This document shows, piece after piece, positions 1-15,561 of a stretch of 64,000 nt of DNA. The notes under the pieces were generated by a model. The model saw only the letters and a list, made by a program, of their open reading frames with translations, made no database searches and was not told the origin of the DNA. Position numbers and translations under genes: made by a program. The stretch's first letter is position 1. Every line of letters begins with the position of its first letter. The stretch is from the human T2T-CHM13v2.0 reference genome, Homo sapiens, in the NCBI RefSeq assembly GCF_009914755.1, contig NC_060927.1; one strand, written 5' to 3'.

Positions 1-239
1 TTGTCAGAAGAATGTGGATGAACTAAACAAATCCACAAGTGGGCTATGAGTTCTGTGAGGAGATGTGAATGAAAACAATGACACAAAAGTCACTAGCAGA
101 GGTTAAAGACTGAGAATATTTTCTAACACTCAGTGGAATATAAGTATCTTCAAATAGTTGAAAACCCACAATACAGAAGAGACAGTGAGGACACAATTTC
201 TAGTTCAGTGAAAGAAATAATTTTATAAAAATTAGAGTT

Positions 240-374
240 GTCCAAACATGGCGAGGTGTGTGCCTATAACCCCAGCTACTTGGGAGGGTGAGGTGGGAGG
301 ATCACTTGAGCCCAGGAGTTCCAGACAAGCCTGAGCAACATAGAGAAACCCTGTCTCAAAAAAAAAAAAAAAAA
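240..374 (+). mobile_element. Alu monomer (FLAM-like)
   Basis: GGATCACTTGAGCCCAGGAGTTC...ACCCTGTCTC plus poly(A). Confidence 0.85.
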
Positions 375-2229
375 GAATTGATCAAATATCTTTGCCTCAG
401 AAACTATGACACTATAAATAGTCTCTCCAAAAAATATACAAATATGCATAATTTTGCATAATATTTCCAAGAGTTCACAAGCCTACTTTCATATCTATTC
501 ATGCCGCACACCTAGAGTCATGTATCCCAGATTAAAACGGAAAGGATTTAAGTATGAAGAGGTGAGTGTATTTGATTCTCTTTAAAATCCACTACAATTT
601 AAAATTCTATGATCTAAAAGAACTCTCAATCTATGCCTTCTAGTTTCTTCTGAGATCCATTATAACACATATTGCAATAAGAGTTTAAAAGATGATGACA
701 AGGAAGTACATCCCACTTCATCAGTTATATTGAGGGCACACGGCTCAGACAGTTAAGAATTTTAGCTGCCAGAGAAAAACTTCCATGTGCCACTTGGACT
801 ACACATTCACAAGAGTCAGGGTGGGAGGAATTACATGATCACAAAATGAGAATATGAAGTATTACACACTGCAAAAATTCAGCTTTCCTTTTTAAACACC
901 TAGAAATGAAGAGAACTGAAAAGTAAGAGTTTAGTAAGTCTTGAACCTTTTATTAACAAATGTAAGGGCCACAGTGCTCAAACTGCAACTGCACAGCCAG
1001 AACAACGCTACAGACACCATGTCTACTCTTAGACTAGACTAGTTACAGGCACAAGATGTTCTAATAAATAACAAACACATCCAGAGCCAGTACACAAGTG
1101 TGACAGAATCTGGGGTCTAGGCATTTGATTTTTCTCCTGGTGCTGTCTGAGAATGGACACTGCCATTAAAGATTAATTACAGTAATCTGATAGTGATAAA
1201 GTTTAGCTAAATAACAGGCTAAACAATGAAATGGAAAAGGAAGCTGCAATATAGATCAATTAAACTATTTTTATATCTACTTTTAAAGAGAGACAGGGAC
1301 ATGATTATGCCATATAGAAAATAGATGAATATATATTCACGAGCTGAAAAAAAAAACAGGTAAATTATTTATTAGGTGAAGATAAATTCAAGCCATGAAG
1401 AGAAAACACATGGCCCAGAAAAAAAAAAAAGTAGGTTGTGCAAGTCAAATGAAAAGACACAAAACTCAGATCTCGGGGAGACAGGGGAAGGAGAAGGCTG
1501 AGCTAAAAGAGAGCCTTACTGAAAGAAAGCAAATAAGTGAGAGGGAGTCTGTGCCCTCTGAGATGGAATGAGGAAAAGATAAAAGTATTCATGGGCTCAA
1601 AGGCAGCTTCAGCAGTGAATATGGAAAAGGAATGAGCCCGTTCACTGTCTCAACACTAAAAGGGAAATAATATAGGGTCTTTTTCTAAACCAGCATCCAT
1701 GGCAGTCAATAATAAAAGTGCCTAACTAATGCAAGGCATTTAATACGTGGAGGATTTTCTTACGATTGCATTCCATACATTAGTCCATTCACTCCCCGAA
1801 ACACACCGAATAGGTGGATGCATCTAATTTACAGATGAAGAAACCGAGATCACACAATGGGAGATAGCACAGGCTGGTAAGAGAGACTGGGGCGCTCATC
1901 CACTTCGTTGTACTGTCTCTCAGCGAGATCCTAGGAAAACCCTTACACTTCTTTGTGAAGACAGACCTTGGCTTTCCAGATTTTCTCAAAGGAGTCTGGG
2001 CCCAAAAAGCGATCCTCTACTTCAGAGAAAAGTTCCTTTATGGGGCATATGAGGTTCTTCCAAGCACACAAAGCTTAGAAACTCTTTAAAAACAAACAAA
2101 ACACCTGGTGGACACAGAGGCCTGTGAGTCATGAAAGGAGAAGGGAAAAATCGGAAAACCAGATTTAGAAGCCATCCTTCTTTGAAGAGAACGAGAAAGT
2201 AGAAAGCAGCCCTTCCCCTCTTCCACGAG

Positions 2230-3110
2230 GCGTGACTCAGGGACGTTACCTCCCCCGATTTGCTCTATGCACTAAGAGGGTGACCCTCCTCTGCTTTCGA
2301 CTCTGGCCCAGACACTCACGGGTTACCCGGCCAGGCCTGGAGAACCCAGGTCTAAACAGATGGGACTCGTGGGGGAACAAGGGGGCCCCTGTGCGCAGGG
2401 AGGGAAACCTACCCAGGAACGCGCCCGGCCGGGTCCAAAGGCCCTCCGCGCGCGGGCCCGCGCCCTCGCCCCAGACCTTACCGCCTTCGGCTGCAGAAGA
2501 ACTGGCGGCCAAGCGAGGCTGTCGGGCCGAGCCAGGAGCGCGTCTTCGGGCGCCGCCGCTTCTGTGGCGCCCGCGCTTAGGCGGCGGCCGGGTCCCGGTG
2601 GACTCACACCCGGGGAGACGCGGCCTGCCCGGTCAAGGCCCAGGAGTTTGAGGCCCCAGAACGCCAACCGTGCGCGCGCCCTCGAGCCTGCCCAAAGATG
2701 AAGGGTCAGGGCGCGCCCCGCGGGCCGGGCAGCTGCGGCAGCGCCGCAGCCGAGATCGCTACCGATTTCGTCCGCCCTCTCCCTGCCCAGCTACAGCCCC
2801 GCTTCCCCCGCGCGAGCTTTGGCGGCGGAGCAGCACAGTGCGCGCCGATTGGCCCTCAGAATGTGCGACGCCTGGCGCCGCTCCCCACGGATTGGCCGGG
2901 CCGGCAGTGCGTGCACGGAGTAAACAAACCCCGCCCCCAGGCTTCCCTTTGAGAGTAGGGGGCCAACAGATGGAGGGGCGGGACTCGTGCACTCAGCCAC
3001 CGCCCCTTGGTTCCCCCTGTGGCCTCCCTGGGAGCCCTCCGCAGGACCCGACCACCCCGCTTCCCCGCCGCCTCCAGGGACAGCTGCGGGCCTGAGGCCT
3101 AGAATTTTAG
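2230..3110 (-). promoter_or_regulatory. TFDP2: CpG-island promoter, minus-strand oriented (likely TFDP2)
   Basis: Sharp GC/CpG-rich block in AT-rich surroundings. Minus-strand CCAAT boxes (ATTGG 2848-2852, 2891-2895), GC boxes (CCCCGCCCCC ~2928-2937, GGGGCGGG ~2975-2982), forkhead GTAAACA ~2920-2926, E2F-like TTTGGCGG ~2818-2825. Gene name comes from remembered GK5-TFDP2 synteny; no TFDP2 coding sequence is in the window. Confidence 0.78.
2482..2845 (-). other. TFDP2: Non-coding first exon (5'UTR) ending at a strong splice donor; TSS approximate
   Basis: Minus-strand donor GGCG|GTAAGG at 2482/2481. No minus-strand ATG seen in the interval. Alternative donors GGT|GTGAGT (2608) and CCC|GTGAGT (2320). 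Confidence 0.65.
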
Positions 3111-3619
3111 ACACACTTCCTTCATCACTCCTATCTCATCCCCCCTACTCCCACCCTGCGACTTGGGTGGGAATCTCTTTTCCAACTGACCCCGAAGCCA
3201 GAAAACCCCAGCTCTCTTGGAAGGAGGGGGACTGGGGCAGTTCCATTCGGTCCCCAGGCCTTTGCGGGGTCGCCCTGGGGGAGCATCAATAAGGGACAGG
3301 GGGGCGAGTGATCGTGATTGAGGCTATGCGTGGGGCCAACTGTGGGACACCTTGAAATTATTCAGACAATGAGTTAGAGACCACTGGGAATGTGGAGGTT
3401 CTTCAATATCAAGGCAAGTTAATACCCAAACCAGGACAGGTCATTCTGTCCCGCGGAAACTGCACACACCCCAAATACCCGTACACTTGGTTCCATATGA
3501 AAAGATTTTGTTCATTCGTTCGTGCCGAAGTTAAAAACCCCGTGTGAACAGCGCATTAAAACGATTAGATCTTTCTCATTTTACTCCAGTCAAATCTTAT
3601 AGATCTTCTATATGCCACT

Positions 3620-4180
<561 letters not shown>

Positions 4181-5904
4181 CTCTGGGGCAGGGTGGAGAG
4201 ACAATTGTATGCATAATTGCATGTAACTAGTCCTGAGAGTCCAAGAATGTCAAATGCAGTACTCCACTGACTGATTCTAAAATGCAAAAACCCCAGTGAT
4301 TACTTCACATTCTCCAGTAACAAATCAATAAAAATTTAGTTTCCACAAAAAATATAACTTTAAGAAAACTTAAAGTTATATTCAACAAATACTTTTCACT
4401 CTAGGTACTACGTATACAAAAATGAGCAAGACAGACAAAACATCCACCCTCAAGGAACTCAGTGTAGCAGAGGAAATGGATTGTAAACCACCTCAATTCA
4501 ATGCGTAAATAACCATGATGGAAGTACACACACAAAGTGCTTGGGCTAATGTAGGGAAAGGGGTCGCTGTCATAGAGGAGCTGTAACTATCTTAGGATCT
4601 CTTTATCTATAAAAGATAGTACTAAAAGATTCAGTACTAAATTTGGAGTGAAGTTATGGCTATGAGGGATTCCCTAACCTCTTTATAGGTCAGAGTCTGA
4701 AGATACTAGGTTGAACCACATGAAATTGCTGATATTGGGCAATTTTCATATGGTTCAACTTACTCTCTTGCAGAGGTAGTATGAGGATTTTGCTATGTAA
4801 TGCATGTAGTAAGTGTTCAATAAATGATGGCAATTATTATATTCATCGTATAATATAGCTTTTGAAAATAAAGATTTAAAAGTCAATGTTTTATAACACC
4901 TTCCAACGCCATTACATAAAATGGGCAGTGAAAGTTTCAAATTTTCCATATCCTAGTTTGATTTAGTTGTGAATTTCCATGACCTAATCAGGGCATGTTG
5001 TAAAAGACAGTAAATGTTAGTTTCACAGCAGGCCAAGAAATTCAGAATAAGGAGGAACAGCTTGGTTTTTAAGCCAAAAACTGAGAATTCTCCAGAACAG
5101 AATAAATTGTCAAGTTGCTACAGGGAAGAAAATTCATGTAAATCAATTTTTCATTCCCACTCATAGTTCCAATTTAGCAATTTGCACAACAGTCAGCTTT
5201 CTTTCTTATTTCCCCATTAAGGGATCTTATTTCCTTTGAAAAGGAAAATAAAGTTTCCACCATCTCCAATGCCAGAGAGTAGACATCTGAAATGTGACAG
5301 AACATTTATTGATTCTGCAAACATTTATTAAGCACTTATTGTATGCCAAGAACTATGCAAGGCACTGGCAATACAAACAGATGTCCAAAGAGCACCATTC
5401 ATTGGCATTCCTTATGCTTGGAACAATCCCCCAGTTCACCCACAACTCACCTGCACGTGCCTTTTCATCTAAACTTAAACAACACTTTCTCCAGAAAAGC
5501 TTCCCCGGAGTCCCCATCTCCAACTGTTTTCCCATAAAATTTTCTTTGACTTTCCAACATTCATTAAACTTGTAATTACTCACTTGCTACCTGCATCCCA
5601 TTAGACTGTAAGCTTCTAGAGTCAAAGTCATATCATTCTATTCACTATCATCTCCTCAGTGCTTAATGGAAGTTCAATGTTTTTATTGAATAGATGAGAG
5701 TCCACAGCCCAGCAAATTTGGAAAGAGGAGAGAGGTATAATAAAGTCTACTCTATTTAGAAATATGCGGGCCACAGAATAGCCAACACAAAGAGGGTTGT
5801 GAAAAAGACGGGTCCATTACAGTTAAACCTGAGGCATTTCCACGTGCTGCCCCCTCTGCTGGCACTGGATACTGCTTTTGCAGGTGGAAGTACCAGAGTC
5901 CTGG

Positions 5905-6052
5905 ACCACTGCCTCTCAAACCTTGAGGTGCACAGTAATCACTTAGGGAATCTTACAATTCAGTCTGTAAGGTGTGGCTTCAATTCTGCATCTCCAACAG
6001 GCTTCCAAGTGATGCTGGTGCTGCCTCAGCAGCCAAAAATCACACTTGGAGT
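5905..6052. mobile_element. MER5A-like hAT-Charlie MITE
   Basis: CTCTCAAACCTTGAGGTGCACAGTAATCAC...CTGCATCTCCAACAGGCTTCCAAGTGATGCTGGTGCTGC. Confidence 0.6.
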
Positions 6053-6685
6053 AAGAAGGTCCTTAGTGACACCTTTTATCACATGAAAAGATCTGCAGTT
6101 GTCAGAACAGTTTCAGATTTTTTTTTAAAGCATCTTCTTTTCACACCAAATCCATCTAGTGACTGACAAAAGAAATAACACTTATAAGTGTTAAATCTGG
6201 GTCTTGCTTCTAGAGACAATCCTGTTATGTACAGTTTAATCACCTTAATAGGACAGAGTAGAGGCGAAGCCTCGGAATTTCCTCAGGGAGGGATTCAACC
6301 TCTCCCCAGTTTTCTGGAATGACTGCATTAGAGCAGTAGAAAGGTTTCAAAGTCACCCTTAATAAAAGTAACCCCTTAATATCAAACCTAAAATATTTTT
6401 AGGATAAAATATTTTATTCACCCTAAAAAATATAAAGTAAATGTGAGATATGAGGAATCATGATAAACCCTCATGTACCTGCTTAAGCAACATATTATTA
6501 ACACCATTGAAACCTCATGTGCCCCCTACCAGTGTGTCCCCACAACTTTCCCTTTCCAAAATAACATCTTAAATTCTGTGTATAATTTCCATGTTCTTCT
6601 TTATAATCTTAACACACGTGTATGTATATCCAAATAATATATTGCTTAGCTTTTCATGTTTTTGAACTTCATAAATTTAGAATAA

Positions 6686-7177
<492 letters not shown>

Positions 7178-7839
7178 TGAATATTCCTGTCTCCTTTGTA
7201 CATGTGAAATTTTCCACAGGGTCTTAGATTATGAACAGGGGTGACAGTCAAAATATTTAACAACTGGTAATGCACAGATCTTAGCTGGTTCTCCTTCCCC
7301 ACAAACACCCTGACACAATTTCTTACATGCAGTTGGTTTATTTTGGGAGATGATTCCAATGAACTGGAGTGGGAGACGGCAAGCGTGAAACACGAAGGAG
7401 GAAAAGCCAACCCCATGTGTTATGGGTTACTGAGATGTGTTACTGAGATGATCACTGCTGGAGGCTACTGAGGCTTGATCCTGGACGGGACTCTCCAAGA
7501 AGTTTTGAAGAGCATACTTCAAAACTGTCCACTTGAAGGACAGAAGAGGGGCATATTTACACACTGGCTCCCATCCTCACTGTGAAAAAGTTGCTCTGTC
7601 GGGTGTCAACTCTCTAGTACTTCAAGGTTTGGACATGGGTGAAAATAACAGAGCAAGTTCAGACAAGTATTCCAAGCTGAGAGGCAAGGAAATCCTAGTC
7701 CAGAACAGGAGATATGGTAAGGCACAATGAGGCAAGGTGTTGTCAGCATACACCGGGGCAGCTGATTGCTGCAACAAGTGGAATAAAAAGGTGGGCCAAG
7801 ATGATAGGAAGTGGGGCAAGAGGTGACCAAAACTGATAT

Positions 7840-8660
7840 AAATAATTGAGTGATAAATTAATGGAGGATAAGAGACAGCTCTTCCATACAGTAGAATTCA
7901 ATTAATAAATAAAAAGGCATAATGGAAATAGAAAATCACCATTACTAGGCACTCAACACCGGAATGATTGTTGCAGGAGAAAACTATCCATGGACACTAA
8001 AACTAGTGAGTGAAAAGTGTGATGGCAAACAGGATATTTACATGGTCTCAAAGTATCTTCTCAGAAAATTCTTATTAACTACTAAAGAAAAATAGTAACC
8101 TTAGAGTGGAGAAATCTGGAAGACACTATCTTAATCTATCTTAATCAAGTGATCAATGTTAACATCATCGGTAATAAGACACAGGGATATAGCTTCATGA
8201 TAGGATGCACTGAGAAGTCCACAATATCACTTCTGCAGTATTTTAACAAAAGTGCAAAACCTCAATCTACACACAATAAAAAATCAGGCCAAGCCAAAGT
8301 GAGGAACATTCTATAAAATAACTGCCAGTACACTTCAAAAATGTCAAGGCCATGAAAAAAATAGACTGAGGAACTATCTCAGATTGGAGGAGACTAAGGA
8401 GACATGAAAATTAAATACAATGTGGGATCCTGGACTGAATTCTGAACGAGAAAAAGGACATCACTCAGAAAACAGGCAAAATTCAAATAAGGTCTGTAGA
8501 TTAGTTAAGACCACTGTATCAATGTGAATTTCCTGATTCGAGTAATTGTATTATGGTTATACATGATGTTAATTAGGAGAAGCTAATGAAAAGGGAACTG
8601 TGTACTATTTTTACAACTTTTCTGTAACTCTAAAATTGTTTCAAAACAAAAAGTTAACAA
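7840..8660 (+). mobile_element. Old L1M 3' region
   Basis: AATGTGGGATCCTGGACTGAATTCTGAAC...CAACTTTTCTGTAACTCTAAAATTGTTTCAAAA typical of L1MC/ME 3' ends. Confidence 0.65.
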
Positions 8661-8949
8661 TTAAATACCAGGGGATCTTATTAAAATACAGATTCTCATT
8701 CAGTAGGTCTGGGATAAGGCCTGAAATTCTGCTTTTCTAAAAAGCACCTAGGTGATGTTGAGACTGCTGGTCCCAATGACATATTTGAGTAGCAAGACTT
8801 TGTTTCCCCCAGTTGTACTGAGGTATAACTGACATGGAATAAACTGTACATAAAGTGAACAATGTGATGAGTTTTGATGTATGCATATACCCATGAAACC
8901 ATTGCCACAATCAAAATAATGAATTTATTATTGGGAGATAATTCTAAAT

Positions 8950-9900
8950 AGGTTTCTCATTTCTGTTTGTGTTACAAGCACAGACACTGACTTTTGTTGT
9001 AAGACAGAGATGGTGTCTCCCTCCACAGCAGAGGGCAGTTTTGTCCAACGATCAAACATCATGATAATAATTTTCCTCTGGGACAAGCATCAGAGAGGTT
9101 TACTTCCAATCTATTAAGAAAGATTCAGGTTTCCTGAGCCTGAGGTTCTTCAGCTTTACCACAAACCACTGCATTCACAGGATTAACCTGAAATGCTCCT
9201 CACAGGACTTAGGAGGCAAGGAGAACCAACGTAAATATGAAGATAATTGATGCTTGCTATGTTATGAGTAATAAAGTCTTTAATCCCTGAGGCAGGAGTC
9301 TCATATCTTTTGTCATCAGTACAGGTTGAGCACCCCAAATCCAAAACTCTGAAATCCTAAATGCTCTTAAATCTGACATTTTTAATTAAAACATTTTTAT
9401 TACTAGAGACAGCATGTTGCTTGCCCAGACTGGAGTGTGGTGACATGATCATATCTTACAGTGAACTCCTGGGTTCAAGTGATCCTCGGGCCTCAGTCTT
9501 CCAAGTAGCTGGAACTACAGGCATGACCATCATGCCTGGCTGATTTTCTTATTTATTTTTTTTTTTAGTAACAAGATTTTCCTATGTTGCCCAAGCTGGT
9601 GAGGCTTTTTAAGCACTGACATGATGTGTGAAGGAAATGCTCAGATCTGGGTATCAGATTTCAAGTTTTCAGATTTTGGATGCTCAATTGGAAAGTATAT
9701 ATAATAAAAATATTCCAAAATCAAAAAAAAAATCTTAAACCCGAAATACTTCCGATCCCCAGCACTTCAGATAAGGGATACTCAACCTGTATCTATAAAA
9801 CTGTGGGAGGCTAACTTGTTAGCTTCCAAAGTAGAGTAAAATTTCAGACTCTTCTCAGTTCTTGACGGTGTTTGGTGATGAAGATTGGGATGCTAATAGA
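8950..9900 (+). mobile_element. Old ERV LTR (LTR40-like) interrupted by a Tigger element
   Basis: LTR-like motifs with AATAAA ~9270; resumes after 9791 (GGCTAACTTGTTAGCTT...CAGTTCTTGAC). Confidence 0.5.
9322..9789. mobile_element. Tigger4/Zombi-type DNA transposon with nested Alu (~9395-9600, minus)
   Basis: TIRs CAGGTTGAGCACCC / GGGATACTCAACCTG with TA on both sides (9320-9321, 9790-9791). Confidence 0.85.
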
Positions 9901-10037
9901 AATAATGGCTTTCTGGAAGAGAGAAGACAAGGGCTCCCATGGGCTGGGTGAAAGGATATGAGAACTCCCTGGGATCTGGTAGCAAATGTTCTTGCTCAAG
10001 TGGTGGGCAAGGGGGAAGGAAAATTTGGCAAATCTAA

Positions 10038-10396
<359 letters not shown>

Positions 10397-10799
10397 TAAA
10401 GAGCAAAAAATACACGAATACTCAATATTATCATCATTTCTTTTTTTCTACAATTTCTTTTAAATAAAACCCATTCTTCAAAATTATTGCTACAAAATAA
10501 CCAGAGAAACTTCAGCAACGTCAGCTCCACATATCTCCATAATGTCCCCCGTTCCTTGTCCTCTTCAATAGACTAATATTACTTTGAACAGGAAAAAAAA
10601 ACAACATATGACAAAACCAAAACCTCTTCCTTTCTTCAAACAACTCAATGTTCATCATTCTTCTACTATGAATGTTCATACATCTTCTACTATGAAATAG
10701 TACCCTGGGCTCATGAGAGACTCCACTATGGTCAAGGAATGGAATCCAGATTATCTGACTGAATCTTCCACCCATATAGATGTCACTAAATATGTGTGT

Positions 10800-10847
10800 G
10801 AACTCAAAGCAAATAACAGAGAAACACAATATAAAAATGGCTTTAAT
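10800..10847 (-). terminator. GK5: Putative distal polyadenylation site (ATTAAA plus GU-rich downstream element)
   Basis: TTTAAT on + at 10842-10847; minus strand then reads ...ATTGTGTTTCTCTGTTATTTGCTTTG. Confidence 0.55.
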
Positions 10848-11171
10848 ATACCAACGTACAGATTATTCAGTTCCATTGTAATTTCCCAAATAATTTTAGA
10901 TTATAATTTTCAGAAAGGATTTTTAACATCTGCTAGGCTAATTCCATCATATTAGTATATGAAATTATCTTTTCTCCAGTTATTTATAATCTTTCTAAAT
11001 ATTTTAAAATACAGTATATTTTCACAACAAATTTTATTTTCCCCACAACAAAGAATTATCCCACTTCTCTAGTAATTTCCATCGTGCAAGAATGTAGAAT
11101 ATAGACTAATAAGCCTAAATAGGATCTAAAAAGGCAAGTTACCTAAAACCCTTCTTGTCTAACCATATTAA

Positions 11172-11675
<504 letters not shown>

Positions 11676-13103
11676 TCTCTGTGACTTTCTTAATGTGCAG
11701 AAACCAAAACAGGTAATAGTATTTAATAAGAATGTCCTGGTAATTTTTTTTAAATCTAAAAGTAGACAAAAAGGGAAGGGAAAAATTCATATGCAGATGA
11801 AAAATATTCTATTACTGTGGATCCTTGATTTTTTGTATAGATCTTAACAATGATTTATGAGGTTCTCAATGACAATTTAATAAAACTGCAAAATTCATTA
11901 AGAGCATCACAGAAGGCCAGGCACAGTGGCTCACATCAGAGAAATAAGATTATGAATTTACTGAGGCATACAAATTGGAATCTACATTTACCATCTTGTA
12001 CAAATAGGAAAGTTTCTAATAACTTATTAACAAAATCATTCTGAAACCTTTACACAAATCAGCCTGCTTTAAATAAAAAGGTTAGAAACATTATGATAAC
12101 TATGTACAAAGTATATATCTGTATACTCTAACATTCTAAATAAAGGTATCTTTGAAAATTTACTATTATACAGTATTAGTACCATACTCTATAATGAGCA
12201 AAGAAAGAATATGAGAACTCTTGGGCTCAGTACAGTGTAAATATGTTCAAAATGCTATACACATTTTGCCTGGAAAGATTTAAAAAATCCCACATAATCA
12301 CATAAACCACTGGACTGACTTTTAAAAACTTTAAAAAAGATATTTAAAGATATGGCTCATTAAGCAAACATTTAGTGATCATATCTCACTGCAGCCTCGA
12401 ACTCCTGGGCTCAAGTGATCCTCCTGCCTCAATTGGCAAATGGGCAAAAGATATGAACAGATATTTCACTGAAAAGGATAAACAGAATGGTTGAAATAAG
12501 AAATAGTGACAACACCAAATGCTGGCGAGCATGCAGAGAAACTGGATCACTCATACATTCCTGGTGGGAATGTAAGATGGTATAGCCAGTCTGGAAAACA
12601 GTTTGGCTGTTTCTTATAAAGATAAGATTCATTTAAATGGGAGTCTCTATATCATTTGTTTCCTAAACATCACGGGTATCTATCTAAACACAGCCATTTT
12701 ATAACAGATCAAATTTATAGTAAAGTGGGGAAAGACAGTAGAAATAGAATAACAGAGAATTTCAGAAATATCTGATTTTGCAAGCACCTGTTTCTGTCCT
12801 TCCCACTCCAAGATCATTCCTGCATTCCTCTAGGAACAAGGGTCCCATGGGAATATGATACAGCCAATGACTTAGGTGCCAATAGATGCTGGTGCCAAAA
12901 TATTTATGGCTATGAGGCTTCAAAACTTAAAAAAAAAAAAAAGATTCCTTTTACTTGGAAAGGGGATTTAAAAAGAAAAAACCACCAACACGATTTTGAA
13001 TCATCTATTTAACTTTTTTAGATTACCCATTTTGACTGGTTCGAACCAGAAGACCTGGCTTTGGGTTTACAATAAGACGATTCTGGGACCAAGTAGGTTG
13101 TAA

Positions 13104-13580
<477 letters not shown>

Positions 13581-14012
13581 TCCTGGGGCTTTTAATTCTT
13601 ACTGAAAATCATAGTCTAAATTTCCCAAAGGGATTCAGAATCCTTTGGGGTACATTCAAGTCTTCTAGGCCATCTCTGGGATGACTCTAGAATAACTTAA
13701 AGTCAAAGAACTCCAGGGTATATCTACATCTCTCCTCAAATAATTACAAAATTCTTGCAAGATTCCTGGGCTGGACTGTTTTAAATTAAAGACTGGTCCC
13801 TTACAGGAGGGGCTATTTATGAAGTTCCTTCCCTATAGCACCAGAGTGTTTCGCACTCTTAAAATTCAATCTGTTAGTCATCTGCAGTCAAATATATAAA
13901 ACCTGTGAAGAGAAAGGCTTCAATTAAAGCTTAAAAAGTTAATATATCTATGTGTATTTACAGACATGTGTCTCTACACAAATAGTTTTTCAAATATATA
14001 AACATATTAAGA

Positions 14013-14315
14013 ATTTTATTTTATTTTATTAAGACAGGGCCTTGCCCTGTTGCCCAGGCTGGAGTGCAGTGGCACAATCATAGCTCATAGCACCCTCAAA
14101 CTCCTGTGTTCAAGCGATTCTCCTGCTTCGGTTTCCTGAGTAGCTGGGACTACAGGGGCATACCACCACACCTGGCTAATTTAAAAAAAATTTTTTTGTA
14201 GAGACAAGGTCTCACTTTGCTGCCCAAGCTGTAACTGAACTCCTGGCTTCAAGTGATCCTCTGGCCTCAGCCTCCCAAAGTGCTGGGATTACAGGCATGA
14301 GCCACTGTACTTGGC
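14013..14315 (-). mobile_element. AluJ-like
   Basis: Diverged dimer, (TTTTA)n tail. Confidence 0.85.
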
Positions 14316-14371
14316 CAAAAATTTTAAATAAACAACATGAGGATTCTAGCTCTCACTACAGAGTAGTTCTT

Positions 14372-14667
14372 CTTTTGTTTTTTTGTTTTTGTTTTTGTTT
14401 TTGTTTTTTTGAAATGGAGTTTAACTCTTGTTGCCCAGGCTGGAGTGCAATGGCGCGATCTCGGCTCAACCGCAACCTCTGCCTCAGGGGTTCAAGCGGT
14501 TCTCCTGCCTCAGCCTCCTGACTAGCTGGGATTACAGGCATGTGCCACAACGCACAGCTAATTTTTTTGTAGTTTTAATAGAGATGGGGTTTCTCCATGT
14601 TGGTCAGGCTGGTCTCAAGCTACTAACCTCAGGTAATCCGTCCTCCTTGGCCTCCCAAAGTGCTGGG
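14372..14667 (-). mobile_element. AluS-like, slightly 5'-truncated, with TSD
   Basis: Ends at GCTGGG; flanks AGAGTAGTTCTTCTT / AGAGTATAGTTCTTCTT. Confidence 0.88.
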
Positions 14668-15083
14668 AAGAGTATAGTTCTTCTTAATCCAACAAAAAAG
14701 TATTTTACTCACAACAAATATAAATTGCCCCCATCAACAAATGTATGTAATATCAAGGATAACGTGTACAAACAAAGTTGCACTAACAAAGTAAAAATTT
14801 ATCCCACATACATGAAAGCACAGTGCTAAGTTCTGGGGAAGCAGACAGTTTCTGCTTTCAGGGAGCTTCCAGTCTGGTAGAGATTTACACAGAAGGCAGA
14901 TTAAAGAGAATGATGATCTCCTTTGTTCAGAGATAAAAAGGAAGCAAAAAAGCAGGTCAAATCAAAGATGATCTGCAGAATACATTAACCCTACACTGAA
15001 ATCATGGACCTACTCCAGTAATTAAGGCTGCAGAGGTGGGGCTGGGTGGATGAAAACATCAGAAGACAATTACAGCATGAGAT

Positions 15084-15393
15084 ATTGATTGATTGATTGA
15101 TTGATTGATTGAGACAGGGTCTCACTTTGCCACCCAGGCTAGAGTACAGTGACACCAACTTGGCTCACTGCAGCCTCCACCTCCTGGAGCTCAAGTGATC
15201 TTCCCACCTCAGCCCCCTAATTAGCTGGGACTATATGTGTGTGTCACCACACCCAGCTAATTTGTGTATTTTTTGTAGAGATAGGGATTCGCCAGGTTGC
15301 CCAGGCTGGTCTCAAACTCCTGAGCTGAAGTGATCCGCCTGCCTTGGCCTCCCAAAGTGCTAGGATTACAGGTGTGAGCCACTGTGCCCAGCT
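15084..15393 (-). mobile_element. AluJ-like with (GATT)n-derived tail
   Basis: Dimer preceded by a (TTGA)n microsatellite at 15085-15112. Confidence 0.85.
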
Positions 15394-15561
15394 GAGATTT
15401 ATTTTTTCTTTATTAATCAGCAAAATAGATACCCTATTTATTTCAAGATACGATTAACTAATTTTTTTGCTAACAACCATTTCCTAAGGTAAAATGAGGC
15501 AGAAAGAAAAGGAGTATGACACTATATTCACTGAGTCTTCGATTTTCTTCTAACAGCCTGT

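Noticed and set aside
3030-3160. Minus-strand G-quadruplex candidates upstream of the promoter
   Set aside because: Only three clean G-tracts per cluster, or long loops; expected background in a CpG island.
2232-3292. Many overlapping 77-141 aa ORFs on both strands
   Set aside because: Pro/Arg/Gly/Ala-rich frames expected from stop-poor CpG-island DNA; mostly non-ATG starts and no domain similarity.
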